Below, piece by piece: positions 1-9,756 of a stretch of 64,000 nt of DNA; the first letter of the stretch is position 1, and each line of letters begins with the position of its first letter. The position numbers and the translations under genes were made by a program. The notes below the pieces were generated by a model, which searched no databases, had not been told where the DNA came from, and saw only the letters and a list, made by a program, of their open reading frames with translations. Source of the stretch: Candidatus Nealsonbacteria bacterium (GTDB lineage Bacteria > Patescibacteriota > Minisyncoccia > Minisyncoccales > RBG-13-42-11); contig JAPLXL010000005.1 of NCBI GenBank assembly GCA_026396115.1, positions 66,967-130,966 of the forward strand, given 5' to 3'.

Positions 1-1122
1 TTCTAAAACATTTCCATAGACAATCTCTGACTGATTACAAAGTCTCACATCACCACGAGGGTTGACGGCGGCGAAAGTAAAACCAACTCCACAATCAGCA
101 AACATATTCTCAGTTATCAATCTTTCATCTAGACAAAAAGGGATGGCAGTGCCAAAACCAACAGGAATCCCGAAGTCTCTCTGCCCAGCTATCATTTGGC
201 TTAGAGCGATCCGGAATTGCTCAATTGTCGGCGCTATTTCTTTAGAACGCTTACTACCAATTCCTCCATCTTCAAACCGATCAACGAATACACTCTCCAT
301 CCCTAGTTGTTTGGCTAAACGGATTACCTCGTACATCTGATCAAAATTCCAAGCAGTTAGCACCGGGATACAACGAACATCAAAGCCATTCTCGATATAA
401 TATCTTGTACTAGCTACTGTTTTTTTGAATCCGCCTTTGATTTCGGTGTGCCATTCATGAATCTCTTTTATTCCATGGAATGGAATGCCAATACAAGCCA
501 ACCGTTTAGACAATCCTTTTAGACAAATCAATCCATTGGTAACAATAGTCACTGAGGATCTTTCTGCTAAAAGATTAATATAAGCGTTAAGTTGATTAAC
601 ACCAAGCAGAGATGGTTCGCCTCCGATTAAATAGACGTGGGGAATCCAGGATTCATAAATTGATTGAACAATCCGGTCAATTTTCTCTCTGTTAAAACCT
701 TCACCTCGTTTAGGGTTATAACAGAAAATACATCGGCTATTACAAGCATAAGTAGTCTCAATATGAACGAGGTGAGGAATGCTGGGAATGGTTAATTTGG
801 TCTTCATATTTTCCCTTCCCCTCTGACTCTTTTTTACCAAATCCAAAATAGTTTCGAAGGAGTCATTAGATGCAGAACGATTTCGTTTAATTGTTCCGCA
901 TTTCAGGCATCGGTGAGTAAGAATATATTCGCCTTGTTCTACCTCTACTCCTATTGGCTCCATCAATCCAAAACATTTGTTTTGTCTATCACCGGGGTTA
1001 ATATCAACATGCTTGCCGTATAAACAGGAAGGGCAGTGATTAGTATAGCCATTTCCGATTACCTTTTTTCCGCAATTCTCGCAGATAAAATTCTCTCGAC
1101 AACGACTGAATCTCTTTGCCAT
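1..1122 (-). CDS. RNHCP zinc-finger domain fused in frame to a radical SAM/SPASM protein (runs off the window start)
   Basis: Manual translation from ATG 1122: MAKRFSRCRENFICENCG..YTNHCPSCLYGKHVDINPGDR..HRCLKCG; no stop before ATG 807; then CNSRCIFC (CxxxCxxC) and CGVGFTFAAVNPRGDVRLC (SPASM-like). SD AAGGAGG upstream. Absent from the ORF track because no stop lies in the window. Confidence 0.85.
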   Translation of the reverse strand, partial: MAKRFSRCRENFICENCGKKVIGNGYTNHCPSCLYGKHVDINPGDRQNKCFGLMEPIGVEVEQGEYILTHRCLKCGTIKRNRSASNDSFETILDLVKKSQRGRENMKTKLTIPSIPHLVHIETTYACNSRCIFCYNPKRGEGFNREKIDRIVQSIYESWIPHVYLIGGEPSLLGVNQLNAYINLLAERSSVTIVTNGLICLKGLSKRLACIGIPFHGIKEIHEWHTEIKGGFKKTVASTRYYIENGFDVRCIPVLTAWNFDQMYEVIRLAKQLGMESVFVDRFEDGGIGSKRSKEIAPTIEQFRIALSQMIAGQRDFGIPVGFGTAIPFCLDERLITENMFADCGVGFTFAAVNPRGDVRLCNQSEIVYGNVLE

Positions 1123-1445
1123 TTGAGAGGCCTCCTTTCTTAAATTTTTAATGTACTTCTTTACCTAAATTTATTATCAGTAAATTTTAAGATTTTGTCA
1201 ACTTTTTGTAAAATATTTTCCAACAAAATTTTCCGGTGGAAAGTGGATTTTAGGCGGGCGGGGTGAAGCCCCACCTGCCCTCATCTCTTTTTTAGATTTC
1301 TTTTCTTGAATCTATATATTAAATTTGGTAAAATAATAGTGAAGGTTTGAGAAGATTTAATTCGTACAGCCACCAATATTTTTTTATCAGATCTTTAAAA
1401 AGGAATGTTCAAATTTCCAAGATTAACATAAGGAGGTGAAAGGAT

Positions 1446-1565
1446 ATGACTTTTAGTGGAATGATATGGAAAGCTGTTGCTTGGCTATTGATAGTAATAG
1501 TTGTATGTGGACTTGTTTTATATTTTACAAAAAACAAGAAGGAGGTAGGAAAGGAGAAGAAGTAG
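1446..1565 (+). CDS. 39-aa single-TM microprotein
   Basis: AAGGAGGTG SD; MTFSGMIWKAVAWLLIVIVVCGLVLYFTKNKKEVGKEKK; followed by a terminator hairpin. Confidence 0.6.
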   Translation: MTFSGMIWKAVAWLLIVIVVCGLVLYFTKNKKEVGKEKK

Positions 1566-1597
1566 TATGAAAAATATTGGAGTTATTGTCGGAAATA

Positions 1598-1635
1598 TAA
1601 AAATAGGTCGGGGAAAATCTCGACCTATTTATTTT
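1598..1635 (+). terminator. Intrinsic terminator, probably bidirectional
   Basis: AAAATAGGTCGGG-gaaaa-TCTCGACCTATTTT inverted repeat between convergent genes. Confidence 0.7.
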
Positions 1636-1712
1636 GGTTTATATTATTCAGTAAAAGAGAACCACATCCAGAAAAAAAGAAGGCACTATTATTGTTTATT
1701 AAATAACAGCGC

Positions 1713-2576
1713 CTATTCTAATAATTCTCTTAGTTGCTGATTCTGGTTCAATTTTGTTAATGCCTTTTTTTGAATCTGGCGAGTTCTTTCCCTGGTTATA
1801 GAAAAAACTTTTCCTGCCTCTTGCAAAGTATGGCAGATTCCATCCTCCAATCCAAACCTCATGACCAAAATCTTATTTTCTCTCGGACTTAAACAAGATG
1901 ATAAAATTTCTTTTAGTTTTTCCTTTAAGTTTTCTTCTTCTGCTCTTAATAAAGGAGAATCCGCCTTTTCATCCTCTATAAAATAAATTAAAGTATCTTT
2001 TTCTTCATCTCCCGAAAGCGGGCTATCTAAAGAAATGGCATCATTCTTAATTTCTTTCAGCAGATTAACTTTTGTTATCTCAATTTTCAGCTCCTCTGCA
2101 ATTTCTTGAAGTGAGGGAGGACGTCTTAATTCTTGATAAAGTTTTGCTTCTGCTTTTTTGTATCTGACAACCATTCTTACTTTAGAAGCAGGAATGCGAA
2201 TAATTCTTGACTCATTTTCAAGGGTTCTCATTATGGCTTGGTTTATCCACCAAAGAGCATAAGTGGAAAATTTATATCCTTTTCTCAACTTAAATCTATT
2301 CACCGCTTTCATTAACCCGATGCTTCCTATTTGGCAAAGGTCGTTAAATTCTAAACCAAAGATCGAATGTGATTTTTTTATTTTCAGAGCCCAAAAACGC
2401 ACCAATCTTGTGTTTTTCTCTATAATTTTTCCCCATACTTCTTTATTTTCAGGATTTTTTTCCAATTCCTGGAATAATTCCTTCTCTTCTCGAGGAGAAA
2501 GGGCATAGGGCAAATAATCACTGTTCCAAAATCCAGAACTTACTTTTTGTAAAAGATCATTTAACATTTGATTCAC
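1713..2576 (-). CDS. RpoD/SigA-like sigma-70 factor lacking region 1.1
   Basis: DLCQIGSIGLMKAVNRF, KFSTYALWWINQAI (region 2), SLDSPL, TLQEAGKVFSITRERTRQIQKKAL (region 4). Confidence 0.9.
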   Translation of the reverse strand: MNQMLNDLLQKVSSGFWNSDYLPYALSPREEKELFQELEKNPENKEVWGKIIEKNTRLVRFWALKIKKSHSIFGLEFNDLCQIGSIGLMKAVNRFKLRKGYKFSTYALWWINQAIMRTLENESRIIRIPASKVRMVVRYKKAEAKLYQELRRPPSLQEIAEELKIEITKVNLLKEIKNDAISLDSPLSGDEEKDTLIYFIEDEKADSPLLRAEEENLKEKLKEILSSCLSPRENKILVMRFGLEDGICHTLQEAGKVFSITRERTRQIQKKALTKLNQNQQLRELLE

Positions 2577-2765
2577 CTCCTTTTTTAATTTAAATCAAAC
2601 GTCTTAAATTCCTTAAGATATAACATTGTTGTAGAAAATTGTAAAGTCCTTACTATTCCGCTATTATAATATTATAAAAAGGTTGAATTAATTAAATTTA
2701 TTTAAGAGGATTATTTAAAAAATCGCCAAGAAGGCGATTTTTTGTCTACGTGGTAGAATGGAGAT

Positions 2766-3494
2766 ATGCAAAATCCTATTTGTATTTCAACTGGCTGCGT
2801 ATATGAATTATCCGATGATAGGAACGATTTGATTGAAAAAATACGACAGTTTTCTCCGATAGGGATTATGGGAATTGAACTTTCTTTTGCTTATCCAGAA
2901 TACTTATTAAATTTTGACATAGATAATAACAATTTAGAGTACCTACAAGGATTAGAGTTTAATTCTATCCATGCTCCTAGGGAAAATATAACTTACGGCG
3001 AAAACAAAACAAGCAAAGAGGTTTTACAGAAAGTATCAGAATTATATAAACAAATAAATGCCAGAAATGTTGTCTTTCATGAAGAACAGATTGAGGACTA
3101 TAATTCAATAATAAGCAACAACTTTGTTTCATCAATAGAAAACGACGATTGGAGAAAACCAAGACACAATGTAGAGGATATTAAAAGTATTCTTGATAAA
3201 AATAAAAAATTAAAGTTCACCCTTGATTTTGCTCACGCTCTTTCAGTTTCCTCTTCAGACATAGCTGAATATATTAATTATTTTAAAGATAAGCTAATTG
3301 AAATTCATCTTTCTGTAATTGATAAAGATTTGGAAAAACACGATTTTTTACATAAATACGACAGCTCAGAGATAAGAAATTTACTTCAACCATTAAAGAC
3401 TGCTTTTGTTCCTGTAATTTTAGAAGCTGCCGTTTCTAACTTGGAAGAAATGAAATTTATTAAAAAGGAAATAGAGTATATAAAAAATTTGTAA
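2766..3494 (+). CDS. Xylose isomerase-like TIM barrel (AP endonuclease 2 family) protein
   Basis: GIEL, SIHAP, VVFH, IEN, TLDFAHA, EIHLS and ILE motifs. Confidence 0.7.
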   Translation: MQNPICISTGCVYELSDDRNDLIEKIRQFSPIGIMGIELSFAYPEYLLNFDIDNNNLEYLQGLEFNSIHAPRENITYGENKTSKEVLQKVSELYKQINARNVVFHEEQIEDYNSIISNNFVSSIENDDWRKPRHNVEDIKSILDKNKKLKFTLDFAHALSVSSSDIAEYINYFKDKLIEIHLSVIDKDLEKHDFLHKYDSSEIRNLLQPLKTAFVPVILEAAVSNLEEMKFIKKEIEYIKNL

Positions 3495-3497
3495 AAT

Positions 3498-4094
3498 ATG
3501 AAAAAGACAAAAATAATTTTAGCTACAACATCTCCTTATCGTAAAGAAACATTTGGATATTTAGGTATCCCTTTTGAGGTAGAAGGAAGCAATACAGATG
3601 AATCTCAGGCAGAAAGAAATGACCCCGAAGAGTTAGTGAAGAACCTTTCTAAATTAAAGGCTGAGGCGGTTGCTAAAAACCATTCCGATGCTATCGTAAT
3701 CGGAATGGATTCTGTTACTTATTTTAACGATAAAATTCTTGAGAAACCAAAATCAAGAGAAGAAGATTTCCAAAGATTAAAAGAGCTTTCTGGAAATAAC
3801 CATCAATTCTACACAGGAGTTTATATAGTGAATACAGCTACAAATAAAGCGATTTCAAGAGTGGTTAAAACAGAGGTCTTTATGAGGAATCTTTCAGAAA
3901 AAGAGATTAACAAATATCTTGATGAAGACCCTCATTTTAACACCTATGCTTTAGGTTATGACCCCGTAAGGCACATTAGCTCGTCATTTGTCCAAAGAAT
4001 AGAAGGAAGTTATTATAATCTTTTAGGAGGTATTCCTTTGGAAACAATAGTTGAAATGTTAGGAGAAATAGGATATAAAGAAGAACAATTTTAA
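3498..4094 (+). CDS. maf: Maf family nucleotide pyrophosphatase
   Basis: IILATTSPYR, KAEAV, IGMDS, ILEKP, LSG, EGSYYNLLGGIP. Confidence 0.92.
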   Translation: MKKTKIILATTSPYRKETFGYLGIPFEVEGSNTDESQAERNDPEELVKNLSKLKAEAVAKNHSDAIVIGMDSVTYFNDKILEKPKSREEDFQRLKELSGNNHQFYTGVYIVNTATNKAISRVVKTEVFMRNLSEKEINKYLDEDPHFNTYALGYDPVRHISSSFVQRIEGSYYNLLGGIPLETIVEMLGEIGYKEEQF

Positions 4095-4106
4095 ATTAAC
4101 TCAATT

Positions 4107-4553
4107 ATGAAAATAACTATTTGTGGAAGTATCGCATTCCAAGATGAAGTGCTTTCTGTAAAAGAAAAATTAGAAAAATTAGGGCATGAGGTAAAGGTGT
4201 GGCCCCTTAAATTAGAAGATGGAAAAGGGCAATTGATTTCGGCCAAAGAATACTACAAGATACGGAAGATAGCAGCCGATGATGAGAAATGGGTTTGGGA
4301 TAGGAAAGCCGAAGCCGTCCTTAAGCATTTCGATAAAGTTTCCTGGTCGGATGCTATTTTAGTTGCGAATTACGATAAAAATAATGTTAATGGTTATATT
4401 GGGGGCAACACTTTAATGGAGATAGGTCTCGCTTTTTTCTTAAAAAAGAAAATCTATCTTTTAAATGAGATTCCAGAACTACCATATAAAGAAGAAATTT
4501 TAGGAGTAAGGCCTATTGTTCTTGGAGGTGATTTAAGTAAAATTACCAACTAA
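4107..4553 (+). CDS. Nucleoside 2-deoxyribosyltransferase-like protein
   Basis: KITICGS..SDAILVAN..GYIGGNTLMEIGLAFFLKKKIY. Confidence 0.65.
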   Translation: MKITICGSIAFQDEVLSVKEKLEKLGHEVKVWPLKLEDGKGQLISAKEYYKIRKIAADDEKWVWDRKAEAVLKHFDKVSWSDAILVANYDKNNVNGYIGGNTLMEIGLAFFLKKKIYLLNEIPELPYKEEILGVRPIVLGGDLSKITN

Positions 4554-4680
4554 ACAGATTCTGACGTCGTTCACCATACGGAGCTAACGAAATATCGCCA
4601 AGAAGGCGGTTTTTTGGTAGAATGAATCAACAAGGTTGAATAATATATTAAAAGTTTATTTGAATAAAAAATGAAGTAAT

Positions 4681-4935
4681 ATGGAAAAAGAAAAAATCAA
4701 AAAAGAAGAATTTAAAGTTTCTGGTGAAGACGTCGTTAAAAAAGTAAAGGAATTGATAAAAGAAGGAAATATCAGAAGAATTATCATCAAAAATGAGGAA
4801 AATAAGACTTTAGTTGAATTTCCCCTTACGATAGGTTTGGTTGGCGCTGCCCTATTGCCAGTCTGGGCGGCGATTGGTGCTATCGCAGCTTTAGTAGCTA
4901 ATTGTACAATCGTGGTCGAAAAAAGAGAAGGTTAA
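4681..4935 (+). CDS. DUF4342-type small protein
   Basis: VVKKVKELIKEGNIRRIIIK..EFPLTIG, Ala-rich hydrophobic segment, CTIVVEK. Confidence 0.8.
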   Translation: MEKEKIKKEEFKVSGEDVVKKVKELIKEGNIRRIIIKNEENKTLVEFPLTIGLVGAALLPVWAAIGAIAALVANCTIVVEKREG

Positions 4936-5086
4936 TTTCCAAAACAGGTTCTGACGTCGTCTGTTTCCCGGACATTTCACGTTCACTATTGACTTTTTCT
5001 TTTCGAATAGTATACTCTTTATAGCTCTTTAAAATACTTAATTTTAGAGCGTGAGGTTTTTCTCAAAATTTAACAAAGGAGAATAA

Positions 5087-5467
5087 ATGATGCAAAAGAA
5101 AATTACAATAGCCTTGGTTTCTCATGATAAAAGAAAACTGAATTTGGTCGAATGGGTGAACAAAAATCGGAAAGAATTACAACAATTCGAACTTATTGGG
5201 ACTAGTGGTACGGCTAAAAAAATTAGCAAAATTACAGGATTAAAGGTGGAAGAGTTGGGACACGGACCAACTGGCGGGGATATAACGATTGCCTACAATA
5301 TTTTAGTTGGAAAGATAAATGTTCTGATCTTTTTTGTTGACACAGAGACAGCACATGGGCATGAACATTACATTCAATCCCTGATAAGAATAAGCATCAC
5401 TCAAAAAATACCCATTGCTTTGAACGATATCACCGCAGATTGCGTACTCCAATATTTATTGAAATAA
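5087..5467 (+). CDS. mgsA: Methylglyoxal synthase
   Basis: IALVSHDKRK, GTSGTA, GPTGGD, IFFVD, HGHE, IPIALN. Confidence 0.85.
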   Translation: MMQKKITIALVSHDKRKLNLVEWVNKNRKELQQFELIGTSGTAKKISKITGLKVEELGHGPTGGDITIAYNILVGKINVLIFFVDTETAHGHEHYIQSLIRISITQKIPIALNDITADCVLQYLLK

Positions 5468-5603
5468 TCATCACACATATCAGGCCTGATATAGCTCAGG
5501 CCTGATTTTTAAACTTTATAGAAGCATTAAATTTGATTGACAAATTTAAAATAGAAGTATATAATAAATAATCTTAAAAATAAAAGAAAGGAGAGGAGTA
5601 AAA

Positions 5604-6128
5604 ATGAGTAAGTTCTTTAACATTTTCTTCAAGATGTTTCTTATAGCTGTGATAATATATTGTTTATACTCAATAATTATCGTCGTTGCCTCTTGGAATT
5701 ACAAGCCAGAAGATCAAATAATTAATAATCCTATTTTATCAGGGATAGAAACAGTTATCCTGGGTTCTGAAAAAGAATTACCATCCGAAAGTTCATTTGG
5801 AAAAGCTAAGGTATTTATAACTTTTAGGGAAGATGTATTGAAAGTATGGTTGTTTAATCCAAAAGTTTCAAAATGCTTTCTTTGCCAAGAGATAGAAGTC
5901 AGACCGAGTGGATATTTATCACGTGAAAAATCATGGCTATTATTTGTCGCACCACTTGATTTTTACATCAAAAGTGTTTCTTTAAAAGAAAATCTTTTAG
6001 AGATTAAATTAGGTATTTCAAAGGGCTTTGACAAATTTCAATTGGTACTTCTTGTATGCATGGCAGGGCTAATGGCTGTTTTATTAAAATCTTTAACTAA
6101 GAAACAAAATAAAAAGGTGCTGAGCTAA
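5604..6128 (+). CDS. Hypothetical membrane protein (N- and C-terminal TM segments)
   Basis: 174-aa ORF with its own TTGACA promoter and strong SD. Confidence 0.7.
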   Translation: MSKFFNIFFKMFLIAVIIYCLYSIIIVVASWNYKPEDQIINNPILSGIETVILGSEKELPSESSFGKAKVFITFREDVLKVWLFNPKVSKCFLCQEIEVRPSGYLSREKSWLLFVAPLDFYIKSVSLKENLLEIKLGISKGFDKFQLVLLVCMAGLMAVLLKSLTKKQNKKVLS

Positions 6129-6199
6129 CGGCGCCTTTTTGATTAGTTAAAAAATGATAAATTGGTAAAAAATAGCCAAGCAGGCGGTTTTATGGTAGA

Positions 6200-7336
6200 A
6201 TGAACTATATGATAAAAGAATTTAAAAAAGGAATATCTCTTCCTATAATAATCGTTATTTTAGCTCTCGTATTAATAGGCGGGGTGCTTATTTATTATTT
6301 TTTAATCAAAAATCCTGAATCCCCATCCTCGGGAGAAGAAACACTTATCAAAGTCGCCAGCCCGCAATCCAATCAGGAAATACAGAGCCCTTTTATAGTA
6401 AAAGGCGAAGCCAGAGGATATTGGTTTTTTGAGGCTACTTTTCCCACAAAACTGCTTGATGAAAATGGAAATATTATTAAGCAGACTATCGCCCAAGCCC
6501 AGGGAGAATGGATGACAGAGGATTTTGTCCCGTTTGAAGCCTTATTAACTTTTTCGGTTCCCAAAAATCAGAAAGGAACTCTCATTTTGGAAAAAGATAA
6601 TCCCTCGGGACTCCCCGAAAACGACGACGAAGTTAAAATTCCCATTCGTTTAAGCGCGACAGAAATACAAACTAATTTTTCCGAAACAGGAAATCTTGTA
6701 AAAGATAATCCCGGATTAAATCCCGGCGTTTGGTATTTGGTTTATGAAAAACCTGGGACTCCTGCTTTGAATGCCGAAATTAAATTTAACGAAGACAGTC
6801 TTTGTCAAATTGTCGCAGTTTCTCAATCTTGCCAGCAAACAGTACTTGAAGGAGGGGATAGAGTTGAGGTTACGGGTTGGGAAATAAACGGCATCTTGAT
6901 TGTTAAAAATATGGTGATACAAAAGACTTCCGAACAACTAAGGACGGTAAAATTGTATTACTATAATCCTAATTTGGATAAAGACAGCACTGGAAATATT
7001 CTTTGCAGCAGAAACGGCTTGGTAGCGGTGGAACGTGAAATTCCAATAACAAATACCCCTATCCAGGAAACAATAAGACTTCTTATTTCAGGAAATCTTA
7101 CCAGCGCAGAAAAGGCACAGGGCATTACTACCGAATATCCTTTACAAGAACTTAATCTAACGGCTGCATCATTAAATAGCGGCGTTTTGACGCTTACATT
7201 TGACGATTCCTACAACAAAACCGGCGGTGGTTCATGCCGGGTTGGTATTCTCTGGTTTCAGATTGAGGCTACTGCTAAGCAATTTCCCGAGGTTTCATCA
7301 GTACGCTTTATGCCCGAGGAATTATTCCAGCCATAA
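6200..7336 (+). CDS. Membrane-anchored Gmad2 Ig-like plus GerMN domain protein
   Basis: GEARGYWFFEATFP, GEWMTEDFVPF, LEKDNPSGLP; C-terminal GGSCRV..QIEATAKQFPEV. Confidence 0.8.
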   Translation: MNYMIKEFKKGISLPIIIVILALVLIGGVLIYYFLIKNPESPSSGEETLIKVASPQSNQEIQSPFIVKGEARGYWFFEATFPTKLLDENGNIIKQTIAQAQGEWMTEDFVPFEALLTFSVPKNQKGTLILEKDNPSGLPENDDEVKIPIRLSATEIQTNFSETGNLVKDNPGLNPGVWYLVYEKPGTPALNAEIKFNEDSLCQIVAVSQSCQQTVLEGGDRVEVTGWEINGILIVKNMVIQKTSEQLRTVKLYYYNPNLDKDSTGNILCSRNGLVAVEREIPITNTPIQETIRLLISGNLTSAEKAQGITTEYPLQELNLTAASLNSGVLTLTFDDSYNKTGGGSCRVGILWFQIEATAKQFPEVSSVRFMPEELFQP

Positions 7337-7446
7337 ATCTACTGATTTTTTAGCAGCATAAAAGTAAATGTGTAGTTTTGACAAAAATCGCCAAGAAGGC
7401 GGTTTTTTGATAGAATAATATAAGAATTAAAATTAAACAAAATCAT

Positions 7447-7824
7447 ATGACAAAAATAACATTGTTTTGGTATATATTTTTAATTTTAAGTTTCATAGGT
7501 TTTTATTTAGCATACCTCTACGGGAAAAAAACTACAGAATTTAGGTGGAGTGAATATATAGCAATTATTATTATTCCGATTCTTTTTATTGTCTTCCTTA
7601 TTCTCTACTACGATTTTGCAATTCTAAAGCTGTTTATAGTAAGTGCCAGCATAGGTTTTGCAGCAGAAGGACTTATTGGTTTTGTATATGATAAGGTTCT
7701 CAATAGAAGATTGTGGACATATAATCGTCTAAGTATAAAAGGGTATACAAGTTATCTTAGTATTCCTCTTTGGGGAATTGCCGGGGTAATATTCTGGTTT
7801 ATCACTAAACTTGTTGGATTGTAA
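7447..7824 (+). CDS. Small multi-TM membrane protein
   Basis: Four hydrophobic segments; E..G....RRLWTY...GYTS...PLWG. Confidence 0.65.
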   Translation: MTKITLFWYIFLILSFIGFYLAYLYGKKTTEFRWSEYIAIIIIPILFIVFLILYYDFAILKLFIVSASIGFAAEGLIGFVYDKVLNRRLWTYNRLSIKGYTSYLSIPLWGIAGVIFWFITKLVGL

Positions 7825-7916
7825 AATAGGTTCTAACAGTGTCCGGGAGCCAGGGTAGTAAGAGAATCGCCAATCAGCCTTCCAGCAAAGGCGATTTTTT
7901 GATAGAATAAAAATGT

Positions 7917-8393
7917 ATGAAAATTTATTTTGCGGGGTCAATTCGTGCTGGAAGAGTAGACCAAGAATCATATTTTAAAATAATTGAATATCTTAAAAAA
8001 TACGGACAGGTTTTGACCGAGCATGTTGGAGATAAGGATTTAACTGATTCAGGCGAGAAAAATATATCTGAAGGGGAAATTTATGAAAGAGATATGTCTT
8101 GGCTTAAAGAGACCGATGTTTTTATTGCTGAAATTTCAATCCCTTCTCTTGGCGTTGGTTATGAAATAGCAAAAGCTGAAGAATGGGGAAAAAGGATTCT
8201 ATGTCTTTGTAGGAAGCCAGAGGATGGAAAGAAAATATCTGCTATAATTAAAGGAAATAAGAACATAATCTTAAAAGAATACAATGATTTAGATGAGGCG
8301 TTTCAATATATTGATGATTTTTTAAACAAAACAGATTCTAACACCGTCCGTCCCTCGAAGCTAATAGCCCGAGCCTTTGGCTTGGGTTTTTGA
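7917..8393 (+). CDS. 2'-deoxynucleoside 5'-phosphate N-hydrolase (Rcl/DNPH1, NDT family)
   Basis: MKIYFAGSIRAGR, VLTEHV, IYERDMSWL, PSLGVGYEI; the C-terminal tail reads through a junction repeat. Confidence 0.88.
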   Translation: MKIYFAGSIRAGRVDQESYFKIIEYLKKYGQVLTEHVGDKDLTDSGEKNISEGEIYERDMSWLKETDVFIAEISIPSLGVGYEIAKAEEWGKRILCLCRKPEDGKKISAIIKGNKNIILKEYNDLDEAFQYIDDFLNKTDSNTVRPSKLIARAFGLGF

Positions 8394-8462
8394 TTGACAA
8401 ATTTAAAATAGAGGTATATAACATAAACATCTCTAAAAAATAAAATAAAGGAGGTAAGTACA

Positions 8463-8873
8463 TTGACAAAGTTTAATAATGATTCAGGTTACTGCTACAT
8501 AATTCTCAGAGTGAAGCCGAATATCATAGAACTCAATGATGACAAAGGAATTTTCGGTATAGTAGAGGAGATTACATCGAGAGCTGTCGGTGCAGAACGA
8601 GCGAACATAGCTAAAATAATTTTGTGGGGTCCAGATATCCTTCATGCTCATAAAGAAACAGAGGAAACTTATATCTGTGTCAAGGGGGAAGGAGAGATTT
8701 TCCTTATTGACCAGATATTTGAATTCATTCCAGGTGTCAGGGTAATAGTCAGACCTGGAATTTTACACGCTGCTAGACCAAAAAACTGTGGAAAGTTGGT
8801 TTTCTTATGTGTATCTTCACCAGCTTTCAATCCTAAGGATGTGTATAATGATCCACGCGGTCGGGCATGGTAA
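8463..8873 (+). CDS. Cupin domain protein
   Basis: HAHKETEETYICVKGEG, PGILHA, SSPAF; TTG start after AAGGAGG. Confidence 0.85.
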   Translation: MTKFNNDSGYCYIILRVKPNIIELNDDKGIFGIVEEITSRAVGAERANIAKIILWGPDILHAHKETEETYICVKGEGEIFLIDQIFEFIPGVRVIVRPGILHAARPKNCGKLVFLCVSSPAFNPKDVYNDPRGRAW

Positions 8874-9089
8874 GCATGGTAAATCGAAAAGATAGGAAAT
8901 GGAAGCAAAAAAACAATAAAAAAGCCGTCTTGAGTTTTGTACTCTTGACGGTTTTTTATTTAAGGTTTCGTTAAATAGGTTCTAACATCGTTCCATAAAC
9001 ACAGCTACGATTTTTTGGTTGACATTTTGCTTATTTTCTGGTAAAAAATAGATATGGCTTTTTAAAAATAAAATAGGAGGTGAGGGGCT

Positions 9090-9380
9090 ATGAAAGAAAA
9101 GAGTTTCATGAAAGAATATCCTTTCAGTCTTTGCGAAGATATTTGTTCTTTGTTTCTGGTTATTTTAGTATTTGGAGTTTCGTTGATATCAGTTTGGGCA
9201 CAGAAAACTTCCCTTTTATCAGGAGAAATGAGAGGTGGAGTAATAGCTATAAGTTGGTCTATATTTTTTGGTTTTTTGGTTTATTCCCAATCTAAACTAT
9301 TTAAAAAGGAGGAAAAAAATGAAAGAAAAGATAGAAGAATCAATAAACGAGAAAAAGAAAGAAAAAACCTATACTGCTGA
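9090..9380 (+). CDS. Hypothetical two-TM protein
   Basis: SD GGAGGTGAGG; two hydrophobic segments; tail overlaps the next ORF. Confidence 0.5.
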   Translation: MKEKSFMKEYPFSLCEDICSLFLVILVFGVSLISVWAQKTSLLSGEMRGGVIAISWSIFFGFLVYSQSKLFKKEEKNERKDRRINKREKERKNLYC

Positions 9381-9585
9381 TGTGGTTAAAGCCCATATTG
9401 GTATGTATAGTGACATGGTTCATCTGACAGATAATTGGCATATTATAATGTCTTCTGATATTATGAAACGTTTTGAAGATACGATAAAAAGGGTTCGAAA
9501 AGAATTTCTGGACGAATTTAAGGATGAGGGATTTTACCACTATCTAAATAAAATGGAAAATACACTCAAATTTTCCCGAAGATAG
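9319..9585 (+). CDS. Hypothetical protein
   Basis: AAGGAGG SD then ATG 9319, in frame with ORF 9268-9585. Confidence 0.6.
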   Translation: MKEKIEESINEKKKEKTYTADVVKAHIGMYSDMVHLTDNWHIIMSSDIMKRFEDTIKRVRKEFLDEFKDEGFYHYLNKMENTLKFSRR

Positions 9586-9649
9586 TAATAGGGGACTACT
9601 TGTTCTCTAAATCCGAGAGACGCTGGTTCAAATCCGGCCGGAGGTGCCA
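9583..9649 (+). pseudogene. Degenerate tRNA (3' two-thirds) ending in GCCA
   Basis: D-like TAGT..ACTA, imperfect anticodon arm around CTCTAAA, T arm GCTGG-TTCAAAT-CCGGC, then CGGAGGT-GCCA; no matching 5' acceptor strand. Confidence 0.6.
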
Positions 9650-9756
9650 ATTCTATATATAAATAGCGGGCAATTGCTCGCTTTTTTATTTGCCAAAAAT
9701 CGATAATTAAAAAATTGATAAAACCCCAAAAAAGAGTTAAATTTAAAGAAGATCAA

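Noticed and set aside
62..340. Plus-strand 92-aa ORF and the many other short antisense ORFs in the track (for example 12873-13328, 17757-18155, 43023-43430, 61477-61875, 62731-62994)
   Set aside because: They lie opposite well-supported genes and carry no recognisable motifs; treated as shadow ORFs.
1253..1279. GC-rich hairpin between divergent genes
   Set aside because: Single copy with no further structure; could be an ordinary regulatory hairpin, not enough for a call.
9583..9649. Functional pyrrolysine or amber-suppressor tRNA
   Set aside because: The 5' acceptor strand is missing, the anticodon stem is mismatched, no pyl genes are present, and TAG ends normal genes such as efp.
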